The notes beneath the pieces are model-generated. The model saw nothing but the letters and a program-made list of their open reading frames with translations, made no database searches and had not been told where the DNA came from. From the human T2T-CHM13v2.0 reference genome, Homo sapiens: a stretch of DNA of 64,000 nucleotides. Positions 23,864 through 36,688 of the stretch are shown piece by piece (within the stretch, counting starts at the first letter, position 1; each line of letters starts with the position of its first letter). The stretch lies in NCBI RefSeq assembly GCF_009914755.1, contig NC_060925.1. One strand, given 5' to 3'. Position numbers and translations under genes: made by a program.

Positions 23864-25552
23864 AAAAGAAACAGAAACAGACTTATAGACCAATGATAAA
23901 GAGGTGACAAAAGAGAAAGAGAAAGAATTTCTGTTGCGGGAGTGGGAGACTAATGATAAAAATTGCCTTTGGATGGCTCAGTGGTTCTCATGTTCATTAG
24001 CCATTCTGATCTAACAAGTCAGCTTTGCTCAGGCAGCCTGGTTCTGAACTGTGTGCCCTAAGGCCTTCCCCACAGAGGGGGGCCCAAGGAGGAGACACCA
24101 TACATCTGAAGCCATATGTTGGTCTAACATTACTCCATAGGTTGCAAAAATAATCTCCACCTAAGCTTTTCCATCTCCAATGCCAACACTTCATTTCTCC
24201 AAGTGAAATTCTGGCTTTAATACTATATGTGTCATAAAATCCACCGCAGGTGAGTGTGACTGAATATAAAATAACCCAGTGCCCCATTTGCCTGGATCAG
24301 AAATCCAGGGAGTATACTCAGACAACCCCAGGAGTGAGGGAAAAGGGAGAAACTTTATCCTCTCCAAACTAAGCATCAAGCAAAACTCAGCTTGTCTTTC
24401 CAGAAAACACAATGGTTTGGTACATGACATTCAACAGCAAAACTCTACTAACACTCAACTTTTGCCAAAAGGAGCCACAGGAATCCACAACATCCTTACG
24501 TGGCCTTAAATATCAAAGTAATGTGTAAGATATCAGAATACGTCTTAATGAGCCAGGCACAAGTTTCCAAAGAAGTTCTGCTGAGTTTTACTCAGTCTTA
24601 TAGAACACAAGCCCAGCTGCTGCTAAAAGTAAGGCAGCTTGAAATTTCTGTGCTGGGTGAAAGGTGGCCATAATGTCAGTGGTCTGCTTATTCCCCTTGT
24701 GGGAATGGGACTTGGTACTCTGCTATGCATCTGACACCATTGAGAAAGGTTATTTGAGCCCAGTGGGGCTGGTAGCAAAAGTCTAAATGCCTACCAGCTT
24801 ACAGCTAGAACATATGTACCCCCATTGGATTGTCATAGTGTTGTGTACAATGTACCTGTTTTTTTAATCTCCAAAACTTCCTCTTTTTCTTTCTCTTTTT
24901 AAAAATGCAAATGAGAATGGCACTGGCATCTCAGGGTTTTAAAGAGCAGAGAATGCCTATTGTGCAGTGATGTGTGACTGAATCCAGCAAGGAGGTTAGA
25001 GACACATTGTCAAGAGCTAGCTGCAAATCCATGGGCTTAAGAAGGCCATGACTTATTTACAACTTCTTATTTGCCACTGGTGTCATTTGAGTTTTTATGG
25101 GTTTTAATAAAGAGTAATATACATATATTGTTCTCTTTTGGAAAACAATCATGTCTGAAATGTTCCTGAGATTCTTGTAACAGTTATCACTTTGTTTTTG
25201 CAGTTCCAGTTAAGCACAGAATAAAATCTGGACTGTGTCAGTTTGTAAAGATCTTATGTCTACTTGGTCATCAGGTAAAATTCCTTTCTGTGTTGTGAAA
25301 AGAGGCAGACTGAAGTCATTAGTCACTGCCAATGTTGTATCAGTTCTTGCTGGTTTACTCTCATAGCACTGGAGACATTAATAAAATGGGCTGCCAAGGC
25401 CCCTTACAGGCAAACTTGTAAAGTAGGAAGCAATTCTCTTTGGTTGATTCCTTCTCAAAGGCAGTGGGTGTTGTAGCATCAGTGAAAAGAATTAAGATCA
25501 TTGGCTTTGCAATCAGAGATATCTATGATTAGATTCCGTTTCTTCGGAATTG

Positions 25553-25668
25553 GTTCAACAAATATTTAGTAAGTGCCTACTAAGTTCTGGCCTCTTTTCC
25601 AGGCATTGAGATGCAATAGTGGGAAGAAAACAAACATGGGTGCCTGTCTGCTAGTTGGGGAGGCAGCC
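25553..25668 (-). mobile_element. L2 3' end
   Basis: TTCAACAAATATTTAGTAAGTGCCTAC. Confidence 0.7.
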
Positions 25669-25679
25669 ACTAGCATCCC

Positions 25680-26605
25680 GGTGACAGGCTTAAGGCTCAG
25701 CCTTATGCTGAGCAGTTTTTTACCTTTCAGCTGCAAACCTTCCTTTCTGTACAGTACTACATGGGACTGGCCTAGGACTCTTTCTCTTTTGCCCACTGGC
25801 TTCCTGTAAGGGTCTATGTATCAGTCTGTCTGCATGCTGCTGATAAAGATATACCCAAGACGGGGCAATTTACGAAAGAAAGAGGTTTATTGGACTTACT
25901 GTTCCACATGGCTGGGGAGGCCTAAAGGTCATGGCAGAAGGCAAGGGGGAGCAAGTCACATCTTACGTGGATGGCAGCAGGCAGAGAGCTTGTGCAGGGA
26001 AACTCCTGTTTCTAAAACCATCAGATCTTGTGAGACCCATTCACTATCACAAGAACAGCATGGAAAAGACCCAGCCGCATGATTCAATCATCTCCCACAA
26101 CAGGTGGGAATTATGGGAACTACAAGATGAAATTTGGGTGGGGACACAGAGCCAAACCACATCAGTCTGCAAATAGGGATGCTAGAGAGAGACTAGCATC
26201 TAGTGGGAGAAGGGGCTTTCTTCTTGTTTTTTTGTTGTTCCTCTCAGCATCATCCCAACAGTGACCTTGGCCTGACAGCAGCAGTTGGTTCCAGTCTCCA
26301 GCCTCTTTTGAAAACCTGAGAGCCAGCCTGTTGGTATGTTCTCAGAAGTAATGGCAACAGCTAGGTCATGCTCCTCTTCAGAGGTCTGAGCCCCAGCTCT
26401 TTCTCAGAGCTTCTGGGCTGTGATTATTCCAACCTCTTCCCTGAACAGCAGCTGCTCCTGCTGTTGTACATCAGAGTTACCCCGGCGAGCCCTGTTGTCT
26501 ATTCAGCCCTCCACCATCTGGAAAACCAAGTCCCTATAGTAGATTTTATGTTAAAATGCTTCATGCGGTTTTTGTTTTCTTGACAGGATCCCTATATACT
26601 CATAC
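25680..26605 (+). mobile_element. LTR41/LTR33-group ERVL LTR (interrupted by THE1)
   Basis: CTGGCTTCCTGTAAGG|CTGCAAATAGGGATGCTAGAG; GGTTCCAGTCTCCAGC; CAGAGGTCTGAGCCCCAGCTC. Confidence 0.75.
25817..26164 (-). mobile_element. THE1A/B solo LTR
   Basis: TGTATCAGTC...GAGCCAAACCACATCA; TSD GTCTA/GTCTG. Confidence 0.93.
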
Positions 26606-28339
26606 CATACAAGCTTATCTTAAGATATTTGAGATTTGTAACAAGTATGCTGGGGAATAGTCAACTGGTTATGAAGCACATCATCTTGATACATTCACCA
26701 TTTTCAATAACGAAAAGAGAGCAAGAGAGTACATGTATGTAGTTACATATTTCGTATAATTTCAAAGAGAGGAAGGTAAAAATGTCCGTGCTTACTTTCA
26801 ACAGATCATCATGACCTTTTTGTGAAACTGAAACATATCAGAGGTAGCTTTTCTTACACATTTGTTTAGACCTATAAAAGAAATAATTTCGTGACCTACC
26901 AAACCATAACTGGATAATATAAACCCATATTCTTCCAGTTTTGTTTATTGGGAACAAAGCTTCTGCTCATGGTCATTCTTCAACCTCTTTTCTGCAAATT
27001 CATTTTATTTCTATCATCTCCTTATATGATACATATTAATTTAACCTGAATATGTGTGGATTCTATTGTAAATAATGCATTTAACAACAATCAATAATGC
27101 ACTCATATCCACTTTTAAGCCCTGCCCTTACTACTTCTTGATGTTAATTTCTAAGTATAGAATACGCTTTTCCCGAAATGCAATCTAGCATGTAATGTGC
27201 TGGATTTTGAAGAGCCAACTTTATTTAAATAGGATCAGTGACTCCCTCTCAGATATTGATATGCAATTCCAATTCTGTCAGATTCATAATTATACACTTA
27301 ATAATCTTCTACTATGAAATAGAAGTAGCAATCTGTATATCTGGCTAGCTATCTACCTATTTAAATATCAAGCCTGTCTGTCTGTCTATTTACCATGCCC
27401 TTTTAAAGTTGCTTTAATATGTTCTAATAGATGGAAGTCTGGCAAGAAGATATAGGTCTTTGTTCACAGACAATAGGAAAAAGCCTAAAATGTTTAAGTT
27501 CAGTTTCACTTAATTTTAAAGATGCACAAACAAGGTGCCTCTAAGTGAAAGACTAGAATGAGTTTAATTAAGAATTAAATATCCGCTGATGAGTCTTTGT
27601 ACAGATTTTACAAGTTGCTATAGTTCCCAAGAACTAAAAAGTGAATCACTATAATGACTCAGTAACATACCCTTTTATAAGTCAGATTTTCCAATTTCTT
27701 GTTAGTTTTTGATTGAAGAGGACTTCTTTAAATTGTCAGATGAAAGATCATGAAAAAATAATCATTGATGATAGATCACTGTGTGATTTTTGGCATCTAA
27801 CTCAGGAGATAAAAAACTGGTAACTCAGAACTCTTCATTTCCATCAGATGATTACTCAGCACTTATATGCATTAAAAGATGGTAATAAGGATTGAACTGA
27901 TGTTGAATCCTGTTTTGTTTCAGCATTAAATAATATTCATCCAAGATTACCTTAACTGAGAAAGAAATATATTGCATTCAGAAGTGGATTTCCAATAGCA
28001 TTTTACTTTTTCTGTACAATAATTACATTTCAAAATTTGAAACATACTTATATTTATTTAATCAACCATGTACAACTAATAATTGTAACAATAACAGTAC
28101 AGAAAAATAATTTAATACTTACAGCTTCATGTTTACAAAACAAAAAACTTTTTTCTTGTAATTTTCAGTTTCAAAATATATTTATAGCAGAGAAATATGG
28201 TAGGGCTATCAATAAAATATTTCCAAGCATAACATCATATTACATTAGGGCAAAATTATGTGAAGGAGGTGAAATGAAAAAACCTCACAAAGCGGCAAAA
28301 TATTGGGTAAAATGTCCAGTCATCAAAGAGCATGGTCAT

Positions 28340-28707
28340 TGATATTGTTTGCCTCTGTGTCTCCACCCAAATCTCATCTCGAATTGTAATCTCCACATAT
28401 CAAGGGAGGAACCTAGTGGTGATTGGATCATGGGGGCAGATTTCCCCCCTTGCGGATCTTGAGATAGTGAGTGAGTTCGCACAAGATCTGGTTGTTTGAT
28501 AAATGTCTGACACCTCCACCTTCTCACTCTCTCTCTCCTGCCCCCTTTAAAGAAGGTGCTTGCTTCTCCTTTGCCTCCCACCATGACTGTAAGTTTCCTG
28601 AGGCCTCCCCAGCAATGCAGAACTGTGAGTCAATTAAACATCTTTTATTTATAAAGTACCCAGTCACAGGTAGTATCTTTATAGCAGTGTGAAAACGGAC
28701 CAATATA
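28340..28707 (+). mobile_element. THE1D-like solo LTR
   Basis: TGATATTGTTTG...GAAAACGGACCAATATA; TSD GTCAT. Confidence 0.9.
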
Positions 28708-28805
28708 GTCATGTATCTTTTAAATAGATGATGATGTGTATAAAAACACTATGGCATTTAGATTTCATTGCATTTATTTAAAATTGTAATGAAACACTTG
28801 ATATT

Positions 28806-29158
<353 letters not shown>

Positions 29159-29477
29159 CTACTTAAACTAATAGTGAAGTGTTTTAGGTAACAGCCTAAG
29201 GATATGTACAGGAGTATCTAGTCTTTCATACTTATTTTAGGGGACAGAAGTAAGAAAATTTGAAGACCTCTGGCATACAGAGACCAGCAAATAGCCAGTT
29301 TAGAATACGTAATTCAGGGTTTCTTAATGGTGAATGCCGTCTCTGCATCAGTGAAGAGATTCCGCGTTCAGCATCAGAGGATATTTTACAAGATTCTCTA
29401 GTGTTCTTGGACACAGGACACCATTTCTTAAAGACTGATCACTGCATAATAATAACAATTATAAAACTGCATTCAGC

Positions 29478-29612
29478 AGCCGGGTACAGTGGCTTATGTC
29501 CATAATCCCAGCACTTTGGGTGGCCATGGTGGGAGAATCACTTGAGACCAGAAGTTTGAGACTAGCCTGGGCCACAAAGCAAGATCCTATCTCTCTCAAA
29601 AGAAGAAAGAAA
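29478..29612 (+). mobile_element. FLAM / Alu left monomer
   Basis: Single left arm with A-rich tail. Confidence 0.85.
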
Positions 29613-29870
29613 ACCATTGCATTTAGTATCGTTCTTAAACATACATTGAGGAAAAGGTTTTAGAACTAAAATATTGGGATTCCGTTTTTAATATCAGACA
29701 CTATTTTTTCCTATGCACTGTAGTATCACATGGATTATCCTCTTAGTATACTATTTTAGTGTAAATCATTTGTATGTCTCTTACAGTTTGCTTAGCACAT
29801 AGAAGACAACTAATAAATGTTGATTTTAATTAAAATTCAGTAAGATAGAGGCCATTCGGTCCTTTATGGG

Positions 29871-30043
29871 TTTTTTTTTTTTTTTTTTTTTTTTTTGAGA
29901 CAAGGTCTCGCTCTAATACCAAGCCTGAAGTACAGTGGTACAATCATGGCTCACTGCAGCCTCGACCTCCTAGGTTCAAGAGATCCTCCTGCCTTGGCCT
30001 CCCAAAGTGCTGGGATTTCAGGTGTGAGTCACCATGCCCAGCT
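29871..30043 (-). mobile_element. Free Alu monomer (FRAM/FAM-like)
   Basis: Poly(T) plus one monomer; TSD GTCCTTTATG. Confidence 0.87.
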
Positions 30044-32569
30044 TAGTCCTTTATGTTTCAAAAAAGTACAGCTTCAACTTCAATAAACAAATTTAACTTT
30101 AGATAAGTAGAGAGAACTGGTGCTTCATTCCATAACTACCACAGCTTAGATAACATCTCCAACCCAGCCATGTTTCACTGGCCAATGGGGAAACACTGGT
30201 TACCTGTCACTTTTAATTATATGCTAGGACTGAAAGGTCACAGACACTTATTTTTGAATAGGACTTTTCAATTCTGCAGAGGTTATTAGTTGCCGAACCC
30301 TACAACTTACAAACTCCTGACTCTGTAGGTTCCTGCCTGAATCTGTTGCCTCTAGACATAACTACAGATTGTAAAAACCATGATTATTCTGGGCAGATAT
30401 AAAGCTCTTTGCATTGCACACAACAGCAGTGGAAAAAACAAAATTAATCTTGCAGATGTTATTGAAATGTAAATGTCAAATATTCTCAATTGGGTGTGAG
30501 CATTCACAAACTTGTCTTCAGGCACCAGGGGTGCTCAGAGCACTTGAAAAGGAAAATCTCAACTTTGAAGACAAAAGCAAAGATGCAAGCAGTTTCCTCA
30601 TGTTCTCTGTTTGCAAATGTGCTTAGCATGGACTCTGTCAAATCCTTGTTCACAAAACCCAATTTGAGTCATTCTATTTAAATAAGCTGTTAGTGTCCTC
30701 TCTCTTACTTTCTACAAAAAAGCGACTATATCAACTATATCGTTGAAACTGCTGTTATGCAAGATTTTCTCCATTTCCTGCCTCCAGCCTCACAAGCTTT
30801 TGCCCTAAAATTGATTCCAAAAGGCAGCCAGGAAACATACCCATGGAAAGGGTGTTCCATGCCAATCCAGCCTTCCTGAAAAGCAAGCAGTCTCTTTGCT
30901 TCTGCAATTTCACATGATCATACCATAAATAGTCTGCGATCCATGCTAGTATGCTTTTCATTTACATTTTACAAGGTTGGCAAGGCCACTCTCAAAATAA
31001 TTTCACCAACCAGGTGACATGTCAAGGTGTCTCTTAGTTGTATATCTAAAGTTAATTCTATATTTTCTTAAAACAGCCAAGAAGAGATTCCGAAGATAGA
31101 AGAGGAGGCATCAACACCGTGAACATCATGGCTGAGTTATTTTGTGAGAGGGATAAGCCTAAAGTAAAAACCTTGGATTTGCCTCTGTCCTTGAACATGC
31201 TATCTGGAAAGAGTTTTCTTAAAAGTATTGTTGTGAACACATCCATTTTCCCAGTATAGTTGAATGCAGGGTTTAATAAATGGAATGAATCTAGTTTTAG
31301 TTCCTGTACTGCTTGTGCTTTCAATAACCTCTATATTTGAATAACACATATCAGTAGATATGTTTGTTAGCGTTGAACTTGTAAGTTGACAAAGAAAGGG
31401 TAGTACTACCAACCCTGAGAGGATAAAGAGAATTCTATGTGTTTTACAAACATATATTTATCATTTTGAATTTATATATAGTCAAGGATGCAACTCCTCC
31501 CTCAATTTATATAAGCTCTTGTTGGTTTCTACAGGCATCCCTCCCTGTAAATATTTTATTAGCGGAGTCAGAGCATTCACATACATTCTCACTAAGAATG
31601 GATTTTAAAGTCAGAAGTTCAGAACCATTAGCAAGTCTTCTTGCAATGCTGCAAAGTAATGGAAATCCTTAGACTCAGCCAGTTTGGTCTTGTTTAGTGA
31701 GGGGATGCACTGAGTAACCCCATCTTCAGGTACCAGTTAGATAACAGTAAGATGTATTCCTGAGGGTCCCCATCGAAGTTGCACCCCGCCCCATCAGGAG
31801 AATCAATCATGACCACAGCCCCTTGACACTCACGATCTTGGCTACATCGAGGCTCCAGCAGCAAACAGTTTAAAAGCTGCTCATCTGCCATGATGAGTTT
31901 TGAGGTGCTTGGAACTTCTCAGAAAAGAGATATATTATGGGCATTGATCATTGCATCAGTGAAGAGCACGTGGCTGCAGAGGTCAGAACAGTTAATAGTC
32001 TGCTTTGTTAAGAGGGGAAGGGATAATAAATTAGAGAGCATTTAATATTGGCACCACTGAAGACAGTATGGGAACTGATAGGTCTGAGTGAGGGAAAATC
32101 TTGTGCCACTACTAACAAACCTCCTAAACCCTTAAGCTCCCTTCAGAGATTATTGTTTTCCTCTTAGGTCTTGCCTGAACCCTGGCTGCACCCCCAGTAC
32201 AAGTCCCTCCCTCAGACCTGTTGAGTGGAGCTATTATTCTTCCATAATGTGCACAGTACAGGTGGAAAGTTGGGGTGAGTGTTTATTAGTGTTCTCAGGT
32301 GCTCACTGTCACTTCACACAGGCCTGCATTTACCCTGTGTAAAACTCATACCTTTGGGAGGTTGATCCCACTAAGCTATACCATGGTATACTTGGTACAC
32401 TGTTGCTTATGGAGCCCTAATGTCATTCTATTTCATGGAAGTCTCTAGCTTTCACTATCACTCTCCATTCCAACTACTGCCATAATTGTAGGATATTTCA
32501 GGATCCTGGAGGATAGGGTGAGATTAGAAACCTCACAATTTCCCTGGACTTTCTTAATTTATTGCATTT

Positions 32570-33600
32570 CAATCACCTAGGATGAGACCTATAGGTTCTC
32601 CTTTACCTCTTCCTCTCTATATTAAGCCCTACCTAATTCTTGATTCTAGAATCCATCCCTACCACCATGCCCTAGTTCAGAATCTTGTGTCTCTCCACTT
32701 CCTGATATCTTCATCTAATCTCTTTTCTGTGTAACCACCAATGTGATATATTTTATTTAAACATAGCCATGTCAGCTGGGCATGGTGGCTCACACCTGTA
32801 ATCCCAGCACTTTGGGAAGCCAAAGTGGATGAATCACTTGAGGTCAGAAGTTCGGGACCAGCCTGGCCAACACGGTGAAACCCCGTATCTACTAAAAAAT
32901 TACAAAAATTAGCTGGGCTTGGTTGTGCATGCCTGTAGCCCTAGCTACTGAGGACTGAGGCTGAGGGAGGAGAATTGCTTAAACCCAGGAGGCAGAGGCT
33001 GCAGTGAGCTGTGATTGTGCCACTATACTCCAGCCTGAATAAATATAGCCATGTCAATTCTTTATTTAAATACTTTACTTGCATTTTCTATCAATTTTGT
33101 ACCAGGTGGTATTCAGGATACTTACCATGACATAGCTCCATGAGTTAACCCCATCAGCCACTTCCTGCTTATCTTTCCAGTTCATCTTTCCATGCTCACC
33201 ACTCTCTGTCTTAGACTTTGTGGACAGCAAGATTGAATGGCTTGTAGCTCCCTGTACATACCATTCTATGCCTTGCTTCCATGCTTTTACTCACACTCTT
33301 CCCTGTACCTGGACTGCCCTTCCATTCTTCCCATTCTACCTTAATGTACCCCTTAGGACCTGCTATGTGATATTCAGTGGGAAGGCTTCTCACACCCCAT
33401 GAGTTCAGTAATCTTCCTTCAAGCTCCCAAATTAATCTGGGCACCTTTCCAGCAGTGTACTCATTACTTTCTATCCACTCATTCATTGGAATCGTCTGCT
33501 TATGTTTATCTTTCCTTATCTAGACTTAAATTATAAGTTCCTTGAAGTCTTAGAAGGTATTTTATTCAAATTCCTATTTCAATACTTGGCACAAAGTGGT
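32570..33600 (+). mobile_element. L2 (L2c-like) fragment interrupted by an Alu
   Basis: CCATGCCCTAGTTCAG; CATGCTTTTACTCACACTCTTCCCTGTACCTGG; ATAAGTTCCTTGAAG...CTTGGCACA. Confidence 0.75.
32774..33037 (+). mobile_element. AluJb/Sz lacking its 3' end and poly(A)
   Basis: Stops at CTCCAGCCTG; 16-bp TSD TAAAYATAGCCATGTC. Confidence 0.93.
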
Positions 33601-33609
33601 TATAAGTGA

Positions 33610-33870
33610 AAAATAATGATAAAAACAGAGACAAAATAATGAGATCCCCCTATACACAAGGCATTTAATAGGCATTTACATATCATATATCATTTAATCC
33701 TCACCACAGCTAGAAAAGCTGTTTACTGTTATGCCCATTTACATCAAGGCAACTCAGATTCAGAGAGATGGAACACCTTGTCCAAGGTCACCTGGCCAGT
33801 GAATGTCAGAATTAGGATTTGAATCCCATTTATTTGACTTCAGATCACACATTCTGTTTACCACAACCAC
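33610..33870 (-). mobile_element. MIR SINE
   Basis: CATTTAATCCTCAC...CTTGTCCAAGGTCAC...GGATTTGAATCCCA. Confidence 0.85.
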
Positions 33871-34867
33871 ATGTGAAGGTCATCCTGAAAGGATGCTCTG
33901 CTTTCTGAATCATAACGAGTTGGAGAGGAATGAAAGCTGCTGATAAAGTTAGCACATTAAGTGTCTAGCTGGTCACCACACTCCAGGGCAAGTGCAGTAT
34001 TTCATCATTGCCTGCATTTCTACATCCTTCACCCATGACAGTCCTGTGGTCATGGACATTCGAAGATATTTAATAGATAGACTTACTGGAAAATGTAACT
34101 GACTTATAGGGCAAAGAATGGCGTAAAGAACACGCCATTCAGATTTTGGTTACATAAGTAAATTGAAGACATTACAGAAAAGGAGCACCCATAGACACTG
34201 TTTTACTTAGAGTTTTTTTTCCCAGTGCTTCATGGATTTACTTACGTGCAGAATTCTTAAATAAGAAATTAAAGTTATCGACATAATTAACAAGTTTAGC
34301 ATAGTTACAAACTTTATTTTGAAGAGAATATAAATATATAGAGTCAGAGATATTCCAGAAAATAGAGAAAATGTAGGTGTTATATCTTAAGAACCACCAC
34401 GGTGTAGTTACAATAAGTATGCATAGATGAAAGCTAGGCATATTTCAAAACAAAATTTCTGTGACTTAAATTAGCATCTGTCATTATGACAGCTGCAAAC
34501 CATCCCCAAAGAGTCTCATCTTTATGTGGGGTTCAAGCCAGCCCATTAGTCAACATTAGATCAAAATCCCTCTCCATGATGCTGGTAAATGGATGTCATC
34601 TAATAGAAATGCAACAAATATTTATTGAAAACCTGTTGTAAGACCTGAGCTAGGCTTTGTGGAGGATATGAAGATAGCACATCTCTCCCTTAAGACTCTT
34701 ACAAAACAGTCACAGATTAAAAGTTAAATCAGAATACAAGCTGTTACATTGAAAGTGGTCACACAGACAGTGGCTATTACCAGCTCCCCTTACCTTGGTT
34801 GATATTTCCTCATGGCACTGTTTCCTGAAGTTGTAATATATAAATATATTTGTAGATGTGTGTATAC

Positions 34868-35211
34868 ATACATTATCTGTTACTTAGTGATGGGGATGCA
34901 TTCTGAGAAATATATCATTACCAATGTTGTCATTGTGGAAACATCGTAGAGTGGACTCACACAAATCTAGATGGCACCTAGGCTACACACCTAGGCTATA
35001 TGGCATAGCCTATTGCTCTGCTCCTAGTGTACAAACCTGTACAGCATGTTACTGAGCTTAATGCCATAGGCAACTGTAACACAATGGTAAGTACTTATGT
35101 ACCTAAACATATCTAAAAATAGAAAAATTAAAATACAGTATTATAATGTTATGTGACCACTGTCATATATGTGGTCCTTCATTAACCAAAATGTTATGTG
35201 TCGCATAACTG
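34868..35211 (+). mobile_element. Tigger3a (MER7A/Golem)
   Basis: GATGCATTCTGAGAAAT...CACACCTAGGCTATATGG...ACAAACCTGTACAGCATGTTACTG. Confidence 0.9.
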
Positions 35212-35216
35212 CACCT

Positions 35217-35310
35217 CTATCTATCTATCTATCTATTTGTCATCTATCTACAAATCCTTATGTATCTATTGATCTCTAACTCTGTATCTACATCTATCTA
35301 TATCTATATA
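35217..35310. repeat. Imperfect (CTAT)n
   Basis: CTAT tetramer run. Confidence 0.8.
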
Positions 35311-35319
35311 TAATTTTCG

Positions 35320-35465
35320 TTGTTGCCCTAGTCTTCCCCACTAGAATTTTAAGTTTAGTAAGGGCAGGGACTTTGTCTGTCTTGATCACCATTGTATTCA
35401 CAGCAACTACAATTCCTGGCACATAGTAGATGTTCAGTAAATATTTGTTGAATGAATGAGTGAAT
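35320..35465 (+). mobile_element. L2a 3' end
   Basis: AGGGCAGGGACTTTGTCTG...CCTGGCACATAGTAG...AATATTTGTTGAATGAATGA. Confidence 0.9.
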
Positions 35466-36688
35466 TTGGAGAAGAGAGAAATTACTATAAACAGAACTAA
35501 TTAAAGAGCAGGGGGCATTTCATTTAGTTCTTGATAAATGAAGATTATCTGGATAAAGGCAGGGAGCTATTTCAGGATGGACATTTAACAAGAGCAAAGG
35601 TGAGCTGCAGATAGACCTTCTTAGCTGGAAAGTATGTTTTCTGTTGTACATTATTTAGCCATAGGATTGGTTGGACCAAGTAAGGAGTGTTCTCTAGAGT
35701 GTAGGCACTAGACCTGTCTGAGAGACTAAGTTACTCAGGTCAAAACAATTTCTGTTTCCCCAAGTTTGTGGCAGTCTGTCTGTGCTTGTAATTGTGGTTT
35801 CTTACCACTACCTAGGACTGCATGTTCATTTCCTTGCCTGTAGCAAAGGCCTGTAACAAGGTCTGTTTTGAGCAGGCTGTCAGCACTGATGGGCTAAAAT
35901 GTCAGCTAACCTGAAAATGACACCTCTTCACCAGTGTGTTTTGCAGAAAAATCCTTCAGAGAAAGGGCACTGGCTCTTTCAGTGTGTTTTAATTTTTATA
36001 ATTTCCCCCCATATGCTAGAAGTTTTATCTATCTTGTTTTTGCTCTCAAAGCACCCACAAAGATTGATAATCAGCAACTGAAACCTCAAAACCCCATACA
36101 TATCTTATCAATCCTCTAGATATGTCTGCATGAAGACTCAGATGTGTGCCGGGCTGGGTGACATTGTCAGAGGTCATCCTCAGCAGGGATTAAGTTTGTA
36201 TATCTCCACTTGAAATTCTAACTGGGTGATCCAAGTATTCTTATCTCAACTTGGAACACATGTAGAAGCTATAACATTATTAATTTGCTGAACTTTTAAA
36301 CATTCCTCTTTGCTCTTGGAGTTTTATCAAATCTGCTTTGTGGCTTAAATTTTTGCTTCAAGTTTTAAAAATGAGCAGCAGGAAGCCTTTACATTTTACT
36401 TATAAAGATAACATTAAGATGGCCAACATATATTAGGGCTTTTGTTAATTTTTAAAATTAACCAAAATGTTGATTGTTTGAATGGACCCTGCTATTTGAA
36501 TGGAATCTTCTAGGGATCCCCAGTATATAAAACAGATCAGAAGAGAATTGCTGTGGTTAGAGAAGGAGGCTCAGAGCACCCTGGGCTAGGTTTCTGCTCG
36601 TTTTCCTCCTACCCCACCCCTGTAGCAGGCAACATTCTTGAACTCCGCCGAACACAACTTTAGAACCAGGGAATTAAGATGACACAAA

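Larger units (their letters stand above)
18377..24838 (+). pseudogene. Fossil L1-clade ORF2 (endonuclease / reverse transcriptase / CCHC region)
   Basis: MFTVMIHLIFN-HGL (18377-420), ISKHLPF, LIVTG..ILLD, LWDA, RP.SFL, IVNPD(Q)TG, R-RLIN, LDGI..SL/NEILLVLKYP, I*YLAV, LLQKFIYLYFFQTL, WE-x11-W, LLHRL..SPPKL, CPIC, AAAK, ICTP, then TAG at 24836. Confidence 0.72.
17350..24900 (+). mobile_element. Ancient, highly degraded near full-length L1-clade LINE (non-canonical type), split by younger insertions
   Basis: More than 20 degenerate motifs in correct order on one strand, covering ORF1, APE endonuclease, RT and C-terminus; see findings. Confidence 0.72.

Noticed and set aside
23480-23893. 137-aa ORF and similar ORFs at 12176, 53076 and 55127
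   Set aside because: Antisense Alu translations
24066-24086. CCCCACAGAGGGGGGCCC CTCF-like word
   Set aside because: Several mismatches at core positions
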